Part shown: positions 43,730 to 55,764 of the stretch, one piece after another
How the letters are laid out: each line of letters begins with the position of its first letter
How positions within the stretch are numbered: the stretch's first letter is position 1
Assembly (NCBI GenBank): GCA_963727895.1
Contig: CAVSHT010000012.1
Coordinates: forward strand, 352,001-416,000
Source: an uncultured Methanosarcinaceae archaeon
Lineage (GTDB): Archaea; Halobacteriota; Methanosarcinia; Methanosarcinales; Methanosarcinaceae
Reading direction: 5' to 3'
Length of the DNA stretch: 64,000 nucleotides
Notes under the pieces: generated by a model
Database searches by the model: none
The model's input: the letters and a program-made list of their open reading frames with translations, nothing else
Told to the model about the DNA's origin: nothing
Position numbers and translations under genes: made by a program

Positions 43730-45232
43730 TTAACTCTTTGATTTTGATGCATATTTTGTATTTCCATATAGTCCTATGTTAATTCTGTTTCCATTGGGGT
43801 TTGGTTCAGAAGAATAGCTCGACGAGGGATATCCTGCATCAATACCTGGAGAGTATACTGTGTCTTTAACCCATGTTTTTCCATTCCATCTACCAGCTGT
43901 TGATTTCAGGTGATAATCATGGTTTGTCTGGTCTGCAAATAGTGGATTTACATGAATATCAGTTGTTGATGTGCAGTTTTTATAATTGCCTGCTGAGTTG
44001 TTATAGAGACAATTATATTGAAGTGAAATTGTATGGTTGCTACCGGAAAGATAATTCATCACTCCATATCCTGTCCCACTTGAACTATATTTACGTTTTA
44101 GAGTGTTTACAATTATGTTGTTACGGACAATCGTTGCATATCCAGCTGTTGACGTATAACTTGGAGTGGAACTTCCGGGATACATGTTGGCAATAGCAAC
44201 GTGATATACTCCGTCAAATACATTGCTCTCAATGTAAGTATCATGGAATCCACTGGCTATAATTCCACCTACCCAGGTAATACTGGGATTCGTGCCTGTA
44301 CTGTAAAAAACATTATGATAAATATTAATATGTTTTCCAAGATCCTTGGTGGCAGCAGCAGTATCATAGTTGATAAGCCAGATCCCGGGACCATATGTAT
44401 TATGGATAACATTATTATAGATACTAATATTGTCCATAGTACCTGTACCAGTCCCACCTTTTTCAATCTGAATTCCTGGACCACCTGCAGTCCAGTTGTA
44501 GAAAGAATCGATCGTATTATCATGGAGTCTTACATTGTTTGTATTCCATATTCTAAGACCACTGTTAGTTCTGCAGGTTATTGTGTTATTCCATGCTTCT
44601 ACATTCTGGCTTCGAATTGCAAACATACCATCGTGACCAAGCTTATAGATAATATTGTTATAATACTGAATGTTTTTACAAGAATTTGCCCTCAGTCCAT
44701 CGCCAAGCCCATCATGCATATACATATTGTATACTTTTATGTCGTTACAGTATGTGAAGTACATTATATTGTAGTAGCCACCACCTAAAGAAACTGAGGG
44801 ATTACCATCACGATTCCCATTAACCTCAAAACCTCTTACTGTAATGTTACTATTCCCGGAACTACTACTACTCATCTGCTTGATTAAAGGTTTCATTGTA
44901 GCCCAGCCTGCATTATCTGCAAGTTTGATCACAGCATTTGAATCTCCTTCAAGAGTTGTATTACTACCAATTAGAATAGTATCATTAATGACGTATGTAA
45001 AAGGCCCCTTTAGATGGACGGTGGTATATTCTGTAGGATTACTTGCCACAAGACTAAGGGCTTGGTTTATCTGAACTTGATCAGCACTTCCATCACAATT
45101 ATATGTTCCAGTGCCATCTCCTGCGACGTATACTGTTGAGGAGTTAGTCGCACATAAAGCTGTAGGAACACTTACAGAAAGGAGGAAACATACCAAAAAA
45201 ATGATTCCTAATCTGTTTAGTATCGACATCAT
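43730..45232 (-). CDS. Secreted right-handed beta-helix (disaggregatase-related) protein
   Basis: Signal peptide, VYVAGDG.G.YNCDG.ADQVQINQAL, PbH1-like repeats, DYHLKS.AGRW...SP.IDAG...RINIGLYG. Confidence 0.85.
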   Translation of the reverse strand: MMSILNRLGIIFLVCFLLSVSVPTALCATNSSTVYVAGDGTGTYNCDGSADQVQINQALSLVASNPTEYTTVHLKGPFTYVINDTILIGSNTTLEGDSNAVIKLADNAGWATMKPLIKQMSSSSSGNSNITVRGFEVNGNRDGNPSVSLGGGYYNIMYFTYCNDIKVYNMYMHDGLGDGLRANSCKNIQYYNNIIYKLGHDGMFAIRSQNVEAWNNTITCRTNSGLRIWNTNNVRLHDNTIDSFYNWTAGGPGIQIEKGGTGTGTMDNISIYNNVIHNTYGPGIWLINYDTAAATKDLGKHINIYHNVFYSTGTNPSITWVGGIIASGFHDTYIESNVFDGVYHVAIANMYPGSSTPSYTSTAGYATIVRNNIIVNTLKRKYSSSGTGYGVMNYLSGSNHTISLQYNCLYNNSAGNYKNCTSTTDIHVNPLFADQTNHDYHLKSTAGRWNGKTWVKDTVYSPGIDAGYPSSSYSSEPNPNGNRINIGLYGNTKYASKSKS

Positions 45233-46104
45233 CTGGGGGAGATCAGAATAAAATTCATTAGTATTCTGAATAGACAGATATTCGTTTTGTGACGTATATA
45301 CATCTCCTTAAAAGTTATAGCTATTTTCTAAAGAGTATGATAGTTGATTCTTTTTAGACATACACAATTATATTTTAAAGATAAATTGATTTTCTGGACA
45401 TTAAAAGCCATGAAAATATTCTGAAGAGATGAACTACAGGACTAATTGAACCCAAAAATATACTATAAATAGGGAGAAATTTAATACAAATCTTCCTGTT
45501 TTTCACGCTGATTCTCCAATTTACGCGAAGTTTTTTCTCTTTAGGATATAAAGGATTAAACTATAGTAATATTGCCAATAATAAGGAAAATATCCAATAA
45601 ATAGATTCCTAACAATCATTATAACATCAAGGTTGCCCAGAGAGAGCATACTAAAATTTATTTGAATTAATAATACACAAATATATAGATTGTTAAACGA
45701 CTTTTTTATAAAAAAATTTTGTTGCCTCACAAAATTAGCAGATTACAATTAGTTTTAAAGTATACATGACAAAATTTGAGTATAAAAGACTATTTACCGG
45801 ATTAAAATGTTATATAAATAAGTTTTAAATAACAAGATCTCGAAAAATTCAATAAAAATAGTTCAGAATTTGAAAATTAAAAATCCTGCTTATTTCTACA
45901 GATTCTAAGCTCATGAAAAATAACCAGAGTTTATGAAATAGAGATGTGAGAGACTAAGTTAGTGAAGGATACAAAATTAGCGGTATAAATTAATCCAATA
46001 CAGAAAAGTTGTGAGTTACAAATTATCTAGATTGCCTCTATTTTATGAAAATGCAGCTATGAAATAAAGCTACATATAATCTATTAAAAATAAAAATAAT
46101 TTAA

Positions 46105-47286
46105 TTAAATGATATCTTTGCAGATATCCAGAATTTTTCTTGCTACTCCATCCCAACTGTGGTTCTCAACAACGTATTTTCGGCTTTTATTCCCCATAAG
46201 GGTCCTCATATTTTCATCAAGAAGTAATTTTACTACAGCAGCTGCAAGTTCTTCAGGATTCTCGGGAGTTACTGATATTCCGCCACCTGAAGACTCAATT
46301 AAATCTCGAACTCCTGAAATACTGCTTGCCACAATTGGCTTCCCACAAGCAAGATATTCATATGTTTTCAATGCTGAAAGTCCTATTTTTGAGTTTCTTT
46401 CCTTGATGAAAGGAGCAACACATAAATCGGCCGCGTTGATGTAGAGAGGGACCTGTTCGTAGGGGATTCTACCTGTGAAAGTAAATTTATTTGAAATTCC
46501 TAACTTAGAAGTTGTTTCCATCAGTTTCTCCTTCATAATTCCATCCCCAACAATAAGGAAATGAGCATCAGGACATTTCTTCATAATTAAAGGAGAGGCT
46601 TGAATTAGAAATTCAACACCCTGCCAGGCTGCAAGGTTCCCTACAAAGCATACATACTTTTTGGAGTTTTCGAGCTGCAATTTTGCTTTTGTTTGCTTTA
46701 GATCCAGAGGCTTAAAAACATCTGTATTTGCCCCATTATTGATAACATGAATTTTGGTCTCAGAAACTGAATATAGTCTCACAATTTCGTCCTTGAGCTT
46801 ATCTGTGACAGAAACAATTCTGTCACAATGCCTATAATTAAAGTTCTCAGAGCGGAGTGCAAAAAAAGAGAAGACTCTGTATGCAAAAGACTGAGAACTC
46901 TCTACCTTTAACTCGTCCAGAACAAGCCCATTTACTTCTACAATCGAAGGAATTTTTAGAATTTTACATAGAATAATGGGGAAAAAGGGAAAAGAATTCT
47001 GGCGAAGATAAAGAACATCAGGTCTGTTTCTTATGCACGAATAAAAAAGGTAAAATAAAAGCATGAATTCGTAAGAAGGCTGTACAAGATATTTATTGTC
47101 TATTACAGGCACGTACTTAATCCCTGGAAGAGTGCGGTCTACACTCTTCTGTCCAGGTGCAAATAAGACTATATCAGTATATTTTTTCAAATTTCGTAGT
47201 AACTCAAGAATATGGACATTCGAACCCGATTTAGTGTTGAAAGAGCCGTAATAAACTAGGAAAATATTATTTACTTTTTTAGACAT
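46105..47286 (-). CDS. Glycosyltransferase family 4
   Basis: NGANTDVF, FVGNLAAWQG, IVGDG, LKTYEYLACGKPIVAS. Confidence 0.92.
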   Translation of the reverse strand: MSKKVNNIFLVYYGSFNTKSGSNVHILELLRNLKKYTDIVLFAPGQKSVDRTLPGIKYVPVIDNKYLVQPSYEFMLLFYLFYSCIRNRPDVLYLRQNSFPFFPIILCKILKIPSIVEVNGLVLDELKVESSQSFAYRVFSFFALRSENFNYRHCDRIVSVTDKLKDEIVRLYSVSETKIHVINNGANTDVFKPLDLKQTKAKLQLENSKKYVCFVGNLAAWQGVEFLIQASPLIMKKCPDAHFLIVGDGIMKEKLMETTSKLGISNKFTFTGRIPYEQVPLYINAADLCVAPFIKERNSKIGLSALKTYEYLACGKPIVASSISGVRDLIESSGGGISVTPENPEELAAAVVKLLLDENMRTLMGNKSRKYVVENHSWDGVARKILDICKDII

Positions 47287-47491
47287 AATGGTAGCCGGAT
47301 ATCAGAATAGCAAAAGTAGTTAATTAGCTTATCCCATAGCTTTCTTTATTATTTGTCCCAGTTTAAGGACAATGGATTAATATAAAACTATAAAGCAAGA
47401 ATTTAATGTATTGTGGAGAGAAGTATTTATAGGATAAATAATCTCATCTGTCTGCTTTTGATGCATCCAAAGCGAAAAAGGGCAAAAGATT

Positions 47492-48691
47492 ATGAAAGTA
47501 CTGGAAACATGTCAGGAATTTCCTAATAAATATTATCCTCAACTTGGGACATTCATAAAACAAAGTATCGACTCAATTGCAAACCAGGGCGTAGATATAA
47601 CGGTTCTTTCTCCAAAACCCTTCGTCCTTCCTTTTTCTGCATTTCCGTATCATGATTTTTTAAAACTACCGCGGATTGAGCATACCGAAAAATATGACCT
47701 TCATTATCCGCGTTATATATATGCGGTTCCCAAAAAGTATTTTTATCCAATAACAGGATTTTCATATTCTCGCTTCATTTCTGAATATGCAATCAAAAAC
47801 ATAAAGCCAAAGCCAGACCTGATCCACGCACACTTTTCCTACCCTGATGGTTATGGAATGATTAAGCTTGCAAAAAAATGGAGAGTTCCTCTTGTAATAA
47901 GCGCATTAGGTACAATTGAAAGAAAAGTCGCTTATGAAGGCACCTACACCTCAAAACAGATAATAAAAGCAATGAATTTTGCAGATAGGATTCTTTCTGT
48001 CAGTGAGGACCTCAAGCTCCACATAATAAATTTAGGAATAAAAGAAGAGAAAGTCCATGTGGTTCCAAACGGTGTTGATATTGAGGAGTTCAAACCTTTA
48101 GGAAAAATATATGCGAGGAATCAGTTAAACATACCACATGATAAGAACATTGTTCTATTTGTTGGAGCTCTTAGAAAAATAAAAGGTGTAGACTACCTGA
48201 TTGAGGCTACAAAAAATTTTGTTAACGCTAATACTGATCTTTATATGGTAGGTAGAGATGATGGCCTGAGAAAAATTCTGGAAAAAAGGGTACATGAGTT
48301 AAAAATTGCAGATCATGTCAAATTCATCGGGCCCGTAAATCATGACAATATTCCACTCTGGATCTCAGCTTCAGATATCCTTGTATTGCCTTCCCTTTCT
48401 GAAGGTAGACCAAATGTGGTACTCGAAGCCCTTTCCTGTGAAATTCCAGTCGTAGCAACGGATGTAGGTGGGATACCTGAACTCATGGTCGATGGAGAAA
48501 CAGGCTATTTGGTACCTGCGAAAAATCCTGCAGAGCTATCCATAAAAATAAAAAAATTACTTGAAGATAAAAACCAGAGAGAAAATATGGGTAAGCTCGG
48601 ACGTAAAAGTATAATTGAGAGAGGACTGACATGGGAAGCCCATGCAAAAAAGACTGTGGATATATACTCAGAAATATGGGAGAAATCTTGA
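47492..48691 (+). CDS. Glycosyltransferase family 4
   Basis: HAHF.YPDG, VPNGVD, KGVDYL, PSLSEGRPNVVLEAL...VATDVGG. Confidence 0.92.
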   Translation: MKVLETCQEFPNKYYPQLGTFIKQSIDSIANQGVDITVLSPKPFVLPFSAFPYHDFLKLPRIEHTEKYDLHYPRYIYAVPKKYFYPITGFSYSRFISEYAIKNIKPKPDLIHAHFSYPDGYGMIKLAKKWRVPLVISALGTIERKVAYEGTYTSKQIIKAMNFADRILSVSEDLKLHIINLGIKEEKVHVVPNGVDIEEFKPLGKIYARNQLNIPHDKNIVLFVGALRKIKGVDYLIEATKNFVNANTDLYMVGRDDGLRKILEKRVHELKIADHVKFIGPVNHDNIPLWISASDILVLPSLSEGRPNVVLEALSCEIPVVATDVGGIPELMVDGETGYLVPAKNPAELSIKIKKLLEDKNQRENMGKLGRKSIIERGLTWEAHAKKTVDIYSEIWEKS

Positions 48692-49041
48692 TTATAAATC
48701 CAATAAACTTAATCCCTTTTTATATATATTAAGCCGCAACTGTAACCCTAATCTATAGTAGAAGATCAAAAGTTATCTATTTCCTATTTTCTAATTTTCT
48801 TATTTTCACATTTCACCTTCACTCTAATTGTTTTGTATTTTTTTTGGATATTTGTCTTGTGATGATTTTGTATATAAAAAATATTGTGAAATGATAAGAA
48901 ATATCTGATTTTATAAATATAAATTAAATTCATATGTTCGTTTATATCATAAATGTAACTAAAAAGTGATTAGTCAACAATAATTCTTGCGAAAATGTCT
49001 ATCCCCGCAGTAAGTTGCGGGGTATTCGACTGAAACAAATT

Positions 49042-51018
49042 TCAGTGACTATTTATTCCCTTATGTGGAATGAAAATATCTATAGAGGGATTGGAATAAA
49101 TTTTATCAAGACCTGCAAGATTGTTTTCCAGCTCAAGCTGGTTTTCAGGCAATCCCTCATAGAAATAATTGGCAGTATCACTGAGACTGCTTTCTTCACT
49201 ACCAAAGTATAATCCACTTCTTAAGAATTCATTGGTTCTGAGAACTACATAACCTTTGTATTGAGAAAGTTTGGTTACATTACCAATTCTGTAGTTATCA
49301 TAAGATGAAAGATTCATTTTTGAAGATGTTGCAGGGATTAGTGGAAGATAAAAATATCTTGAAGAGTAATAATCGGAATAAATTGAGGAATTTGAAGGTA
49401 CATACTTGAAAACGTGCCCAAAACCACTTAACTCTTCAGAAGTAAAGTATTCGTGGGTTGATTCGTTACCGAGGAGACTTGAGTCCCCAACACTGTAAAC
49501 TGAAGAAACTAAAACAAAGATCGAGAACAAGGAAACCACTACTAACGTGGAAGTGAATTTTTTAGAGGAATACTTATCCAGATAATTCCAGAATATGTAC
49601 AATCCGTAAGCCATTATGAAAGCCATAAATGGACTGACGAAAAGCATAAATCTATCAACTCTAAACAGGACTTTGAACTGCCAGATAGTATTGAGAGGAT
49701 TGGGCACATAAAAGATAAGAGTTAACAGTGCAAATAATGCCACAACGGCAGCATAGTTTTTCTTGTAGTTTTTCAGGAGAAAACCTATTCCTATCAAGGC
49801 AAAAAATAAAAAGATCGATTTATCCAGAAGACCTATTAAAGTAGTCAAGCTCTCCTGAAGCACTTCTGTTCCTCCAGCAGTTAAAACTATAGAATCCAAA
49901 AATTGACTTTGAAAACGGGGAGCTAGACTTCTTTGTACAAAAACATATGCTACAAAGAACCAGTAAGCAACAAAAATTACGTTAACCAGTATAAAAAATG
50001 ACTTGTTAATATAGCTACCATATCCTATAATAAATTCCGATCCAAGAAGTATGACAAGCAATACGACAAATTGTGGAAGGGAAACATTATGGACCAGAGT
50101 TATGAAAACCGCAACAATTATTGAGAGAATTTTCAGAGAGAATTTATTTTCATTGAATTTGACACTGTAAATCAGGTACAATAATACCACGAACATTATG
50201 AATGCCATTGTACGGGTGATTACATTTACACCATAATAAAGTACAACAGAGCTCGCTGAGAACAAAATGGACGAGAGAAGTGAGATCTGCCTGTTACGTG
50301 TTATGTAATTAGCCAGATAGTAAAGGAAAACTATAGTTACTGCATAAATTGGTGCAGTCACCAGATAAAGTGCTTCTCTAATACTTATATTCAATAGCTC
50401 AGAGGCTTCTGCAATAAATACGTGATAAAGAGGGAAGTAAGCATAGTCACTTAGAGAAGTAGAAATTGTTTTTCCAGCTATTTCTGTAACTTCTGACAGA
50501 AACACATGGGGCATGATATCTGTAGTACCGAAGTAGTAATCGTAATTTAACGTAACACTATATGTCAAATTAATCGAAATTAAAAAAGATTCGACTAAAA
50601 TAAGTGAGGGGTTTGTATTTTTAGAGAAGGTTTGCAGGAATACTACCAGATAAAGTCCTAAAACAAATACGAAATATAATGGAGGTCTGCTTCCTTCAAA
50701 AAGCAAGAGCGTCACCAAGGAGCCAATATAAAAGACTCCAAAAAGATATGTAAGAGACTTTGTGCTCAATGCTGAGATATCTATATCGTGCAAACTTACA
50801 TCTTTTTTGTAAATGAATAATATGAAAAGACAGGACAGTATTGCAGGTATTCCTGTAAATAGACCCCTAAGAGCATAACCGAACTTTTCGGTTGCAAACA
50901 TCCATAAGAATGCGAATAATACTGCAAAAATTATAGCTATCGGAAGCAGAAAGGAAATCAACCTCATTATAAGATTATTATCCGATCTGGGTCCTGCTCC
51001 ATTACTTAATCCGAACAT
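49042..51018 (-). CDS. Large polytopic membrane protein of the glycan cluster (GT-C/polymerase-like, unassigned)
   Basis: Many TM segments; TD..PH and Y.YFPLYHV loop motifs; C-terminal soluble domain ending DKIYSN. Confidence 0.7.
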   Translation of the reverse strand: MFGLSNGAGPRSDNNLIMRLISFLLPIAIIFAVLFAFLWMFATEKFGYALRGLFTGIPAILSCLFILFIYKKDVSLHDIDISALSTKSLTYLFGVFYIGSLVTLLLFEGSRPPLYFVFVLGLYLVVFLQTFSKNTNPSLILVESFLISINLTYSVTLNYDYYFGTTDIMPHVFLSEVTEIAGKTISTSLSDYAYFPLYHVFIAEASELLNISIREALYLVTAPIYAVTIVFLYYLANYITRNRQISLLSSILFSASSVVLYYGVNVITRTMAFIMFVVLLYLIYSVKFNENKFSLKILSIIVAVFITLVHNVSLPQFVVLLVILLGSEFIIGYGSYINKSFFILVNVIFVAYWFFVAYVFVQRSLAPRFQSQFLDSIVLTAGGTEVLQESLTTLIGLLDKSIFLFFALIGIGFLLKNYKKNYAAVVALFALLTLIFYVPNPLNTIWQFKVLFRVDRFMLFVSPFMAFIMAYGLYIFWNYLDKYSSKKFTSTLVVVSLFSIFVLVSSVYSVGDSSLLGNESTHEYFTSEELSGFGHVFKYVPSNSSIYSDYYSSRYFYLPLIPATSSKMNLSSYDNYRIGNVTKLSQYKGYVVLRTNEFLRSGLYFGSEESSLSDTANYFYEGLPENQLELENNLAGLDKIYSNPSIDIFIPHKGINSH

Positions 51019-51206
51019 ACTATCTCCATGACCTTAACCAATCATATTTTCACAATTCGAATTAATACGTCCAAATTTCTGTGTTTGAAAATCGATGAGA
51101 GTTCATCAGGCCGTATTAAATAAGAAGTTTTTGCCTTGAAGAGGCTCTCATATATTCAAGTGTTTCGGTCGTATTTTAAACGTATGATCAAATAAATTCA
51201 CAAATA

Positions 51207-52220
51207 TCAAACGTCTGAACAAGAACTGACTTTTGAGATAAGAGGTGAATTTGCAAAGCTGTACAAAAAGCCTAATCCATAAGCAATGTGTTGCACGGGG
51301 ATAATAACCAGAGCAAAAAGACCGTATTTTGATCTCATATTATAGGCAACCTGAATTGAGGTGATTAAGACGAGAATAAAATACACAGTTATGAGTGCAA
51401 GAAGAAGAAGGCTTGGAGTGAAGTATTTGATAGAAGCGATAAGCAAAGCGGCCGCAAATATAATCGCAATAGAAGGCAGAAATGCATACCAACGAACAAA
51501 TTCTCCATGTTTTTTGAAAAGTTCTGCCATCCACATGCCATATTTAAACATTCTTATAGAAAAAGATTTGAGAGTACCTCTTCTATGGTGTAAAACCTGT
51601 GCTTCCGGGATGTACAAAAATTTGTTTCCTTTCTTACCAATTCTGTAGTTCAGATCACAATCTTGACCTACTATAAATCGCTCGTCAAAACCACCAGCAT
51701 CTTGAACTGCAGCTTTTTTGTACATTGCATTGCAGTTAGGAAGAGAGCCTACATAATGCTTTTTTATAGAGTTCTTGGACTGGGCTGAGCCTCCTGAGCC
51801 CAAAAAAGATTCCTGAGCATACCCAACTACTCTACCAAATACAGGATCAGTGTCAAAGATTAGGTTAGGGCCTCCAACACACACGACATCATCTGGAGCG
51901 CTTTGCATTTCACAGACAAGAGTTTTCAACCAATGAGGATCTACCTTACAGTCTCCATCAGTAAACGCGACAAGTTCTCCCCTGGCATTTTTCACACCAA
52001 GGTTTCTTGCAGCAGCAACATTCTTTTGTTCATTAAGGAGAAGGTTGACAGGATATTTTTTTACTATATCCTGCGTTTTGTCGGTGGACATACCATCGAC
52101 AATAATAATTTCGTAAGAATTTCGTGGGTAATCTAGATTAAGAAGTGATTTTATACATTCCTCAATAAACTTTTCTTCATTACGAATACCTACTACGATT
52201 GAAACGAAAGGGTATTTCAT
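51207..52220 (-). CDS. Glycosyltransferase family 2
   Basis: VSIVV..RNEE, VDGMSTD, AARNLG, FTDGDC, GGFDE, C-terminal TM helices. Confidence 0.92.
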   Translation of the reverse strand: MKYPFVSIVVGIRNEEKFIEECIKSLLNLDYPRNSYEIIIVDGMSTDKTQDIVKKYPVNLLLNEQKNVAAARNLGVKNARGELVAFTDGDCKVDPHWLKTLVCEMQSAPDDVVCVGGPNLIFDTDPVFGRVVGYAQESFLGSGGSAQSKNSIKKHYVGSLPNCNAMYKKAAVQDAGGFDERFIVGQDCDLNYRIGKKGNKFLYIPEAQVLHHRRGTLKSFSIRMFKYGMWMAELFKKHGEFVRWYAFLPSIAIIFAAALLIASIKYFTPSLLLLALITVYFILVLITSIQVAYNMRSKYGLFALVIIPVQHIAYGLGFLYSFANSPLISKVSSCSDV

Positions 52221-52242
52221 ATAAATTGGCCCCGTTTTAAAA

Positions 52243-53142
52243 TCATTGTTTTCGGATGTGCTCGTTTAAAAATATCATCCTTGATATGGAATGCAGTATT
52301 ATTCCTGTAAATACCATAAAGGCTCCTATAATTGTCAGCATAACCATAAGCAGTGTAGGCCCAAAACGCAAGGATCCTCCCAGAATATAATTCTGTAGAA
52401 ACTTCAGTCCCATAAGAAAGCCTGCAGATGCCATAATCAGGCCAGGAACGGAGAAATAGTACAAAGGCCGTCTATATTCCATATCTTTAAGGATGCGGAA
52501 CAATACTTTAGGTCCATGTATTAAAGGATTCTCACTTGAACAATCCTCAAGGTCATACCTACAATGAATCTCCACTTCAGTAAATTTCAATTTGTGATCT
52601 TTAGCCTGAATAAGAATTTCAGAGCCTGCAGACATATCAGTACCATTCAAATTTATATTTTCAATAGCTTTTTTTCCATAAGCTCGAAAACCACTCTGGG
52701 AATCAGTAACATTTAGGCCACCTGCAATATAGGTTGCAACATCCAGAACTTTCATACCACATTTACGGTAAATAGGGACATTTTTACCATTTCCATTGAC
52801 AAATCTTGAGCCAATTACCAGATCAAATCCGTTTTTTAAAGGTTCAAGAAGCTTGGGGATTTCAGATGGATCATGTTGACCATCAGAGTCAATTATGACC
52901 ATAGCATTTGCGCCAAGCTGACGAGCAGTTTCAAAGCAATTTTTTAGGGCTGCTCCGTATCCTTTGTTAGTTTCATGACGGACTACGTAAGCGCCAAGAG
53001 ATTCGGCAATCTCAATGGTATTATCACTACTTCCGTCGTCTACAACTACTACTCTGTCAACATATTTTTTGCAGCCTTTGATAACATCTGCAATGGCATG
53101 AGCTTCATTATAGGCAGGCATGGCTGCAATCGTAATGGACAT
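52243..53142 (-). CDS. GT2, dolichol-phosphate glycosyltransferase-like
   Basis: PAYNE, VDDGSSD, NKGYG, DSDGQH, GSRF, DSQSGFRAY; two C-terminal TMs. Confidence 0.9.
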   Translation of the reverse strand: MSITIAAMPAYNEAHAIADVIKGCKKYVDRVVVVDDGSSDNTIEIAESLGAYVVRHETNKGYGAALKNCFETARQLGANAMVIIDSDGQHDPSEIPKLLEPLKNGFDLVIGSRFVNGNGKNVPIYRKCGMKVLDVATYIAGGLNVTDSQSGFRAYGKKAIENINLNGTDMSAGSEILIQAKDHKLKFTEVEIHCRYDLEDCSSENPLIHGPKVLFRILKDMEYRRPLYYFSVPGLIMASAGFLMGLKFLQNYILGGSLRFGPTLLMVMLTIIGAFMVFTGIILHSISRMIFLNEHIRKQ

Positions 53143-54034
53143 ATGCAATCATCTACCTCTGTGAAGATAAAATGGGGAAGTATGTATAATAATACAGTTT
53201 ATTAGAGAAGAATCAGTAAGAACTCTAAATTTGGCGAATATATTTTTCAGAGTCATCGCTCCATAATTTTTAAGGGGTTTCAAATGGTCTTTTACGGCTA
53301 CAATACAGAGAATCAATTGGGAAAATTATTCGCCTCCTTTTATTCAAAAGAGGGAATGTAAATACTCTGTAGGTGAGTCACGACATTTAATATAAGACCC
53401 GTATTTGTTTTAATATACGAGCTATATAAGCATTTAGATATAATAAATAATTAATCAGTAATTTAGATAATAAAAAATCGCATAGCTTATATAGGAGATC
53501 TGTTAGCCTGAATAACAGCTTAAAAGACTTTTATGACTTATGATATACAAATAAACTACATAAAAAAACCAACTATATAAGACCTCAAAAACCATCTTAC
53601 TATATGCCAGCTTTACATACCTAATGACTAAATCTCAAAAAACTTTATAGTAGATAGTAGAAAATTAAGAATTAAAGCGTGAAAACTTAGTTCAGGATGA
53701 TCATAAATATAGAAAAATATTTAGATACAAAGCAGGAAAAGGGAAAGAGATTTTATACCACTAGGTAAATTAAGTAGATCGGGTTAAAACATTCTTGAAA
53801 ATGAATATAATTCAGGAAATGAGCTCTGCTAAATCAAAAGAAAGCCGAGATTAAAATTCGGACAGTTTTCACCTTTACGGCAGTATTCTTCACAACTGAA
53901 TATAAAAGAAGCCGGTAAGAGGAAGTAGGAAGGTTTCCAAAAAACCTCATGAAAACAAAGAAATTTGCAGATTAGCCCAATAATAAAAAGCTGGGAAGCC
54001 AGAAAAACAAAAAAATCGTTTTATGAGGAGTCAT

Positions 54035-54916
54035 ATGTCCGGAAACCGGAAGTTTCCATTTGACCTGTTGATAGTAGCAGGCCTTGTAATTCTTACAGAT
54101 ATTTTCGTACTAGTTCCTGTACTTAACGAAAGTCTTATTCGCACAGCTCTTGGTTTACCCTTATTGCTTTTCCTTCCAGGATATGCTCTTATATCCATGC
54201 TTTTTCCGGAAAAAGGCGGACTTGAAGGGATAGAAAGGATGGCTCTTTCTCTTGCAATGAGTGTTTCAGTTGCACCTTTGATAGGGCTTGCACTTGGTAA
54301 TACTTCATGGAGAATCCATACAGTACCTCTCCTTACAAGTTGTTCCTTGTTTACCCTGGTAATGTTAGTAATAGCATATGTTAGGAGAATGCGTCTACCC
54401 GCAGACCAAGCATTTGAAGTACCCTTTAGGACTCTTACTTTCAATATGATATCCAGTGGAAAGCCAAAATCAAATACTGAGAAAGTACTAAGTATAATTT
54501 TAGTTCTTTCATTCCTGATCTTAATAGGAACTGGAGCTTACGTTATTTTAGTACCTCAGGATAAAGACCCATTTACAGAGTTTTATATTCTTGGAAACAA
54601 TGGGCAGGCTAGTAATTATACAACAGAGTATATACAGGGAGAAAGTGGGAACTACACTATAGGAATAGCAAACCATGAATACAAAACAATGAACTATACA
54701 ATGGAAGTAAAACTCGAAAATAAATCACTACCTATTCCGGAAAATCTGCAACATATCACGCTTGCCGATAATACAACCTTAGAAGAACCCATTAAGATTA
54801 CACCTCCTATTGAGGGACAGAATATGAAGCTTGAGTTCCTCCTTTTCAACGAAACTGAAAAGAATGTACCCTATAAAAATCTGCGCCTCTGGATAAATGT
54901 TGGACAGGAGGTGTGA
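54035..54916 (+). CDS. DUF1616-family membrane protein
   Basis: LFLPGYALISMLFP, ER.ALS..S, FTEFYILG, GI.NHE. Confidence 0.85.
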   Translation: MSGNRKFPFDLLIVAGLVILTDIFVLVPVLNESLIRTALGLPLLLFLPGYALISMLFPEKGGLEGIERMALSLAMSVSVAPLIGLALGNTSWRIHTVPLLTSCSLFTLVMLVIAYVRRMRLPADQAFEVPFRTLTFNMISSGKPKSNTEKVLSIILVLSFLILIGTGAYVILVPQDKDPFTEFYILGNNGQASNYTTEYIQGESGNYTIGIANHEYKTMNYTMEVKLENKSLPIPENLQHITLADNTTLEEPIKITPPIEGQNMKLEFLLFNETEKNVPYKNLRLWINVGQEV

Positions 54917-54918
54917 AG

Positions 54919-55764
54919 ATGGAAACTATTGAAAGTTCGAGAATGGGTAATCTGGAAAGCACGCAAATGAGAAAATATGTAGATTTGAAAGGAGAGGTGC
55001 CAGAAATTAAAAATAAATGGATTTACCTTTTAATTCCAATTGCAGCAATTGCTTTTGCGGAGATACTGATCTTTTTGGGAAGGGAACTCGAGGCCATGGA
55101 GCTATATGCCGTAATTCTTCTTGGTCTTTCCTTTTCCACAATGTTCATAGAAAGTAAGGAAATCCAAAAAACATACCAGGCTTTCCTCCTTCTTCCAATA
55201 CTGCGTCTGGTAGATTTCTCAATGCCACTATTCTATGAAGAGAAGTTGTATAACCTTATTTTCATATATGGCCTTCTGATAATTCCTGTAAGTATTGCAG
55301 CTACCAATCAGGAGTTTAGTGGTGCAGAGCTTGGGATAACCTTTAAAAAAATAGGTAGATATATTTTACTTTCAATATTATTGGGTTTTTTTTTAGGAGT
55401 AGGAGAATTCACTATAGTCGGGAAAAATCCTCTCATTTATTATCTCTCAATATTTAACCTGCTTATTCTCACCGTAATTATGATCTTTGTAGTAAGTTTT
55501 GTAGAAGAACTAATATTCAGGTCAATTCTGCAGAACCGACTGGAAACCATAATAGGCAGCACAAAAGCAGTGATTATTACAAGTATTCTATTCGGCTTAA
55601 TGCAATCAGGATATGGAAACGTTTACGAGTTTATATATATATTCTTTGTAGGAGTTCTTTTAGGATACCTATTTCATAAGACACGGAGCTTACCATTGGT
55701 TACGCTAATTCATGGTTTTATGAATGTGTTCTTTTTTGGGATAATACCCCTTCTTCTCCTATAA
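54919..55764 (+). CDS. CPBP (Abi/CAAX) family intramembrane protease
   Basis: EELIFR, F..xQ (normally FxxxH), HG..N motifs; multiple TMs. Confidence 0.85.
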   Translation: METIESSRMGNLESTQMRKYVDLKGEVPEIKNKWIYLLIPIAAIAFAEILIFLGRELEAMELYAVILLGLSFSTMFIESKEIQKTYQAFLLLPILRLVDFSMPLFYEEKLYNLIFIYGLLIIPVSIAATNQEFSGAELGITFKKIGRYILLSILLGFFLGVGEFTIVGKNPLIYYLSIFNLLILTVIMIFVVSFVEELIFRSILQNRLETIIGSTKAVIITSILFGLMQSGYGNVYEFIYIFFVGVLLGYLFHKTRSLPLVTLIHGFMNVFFFGIIPLLLL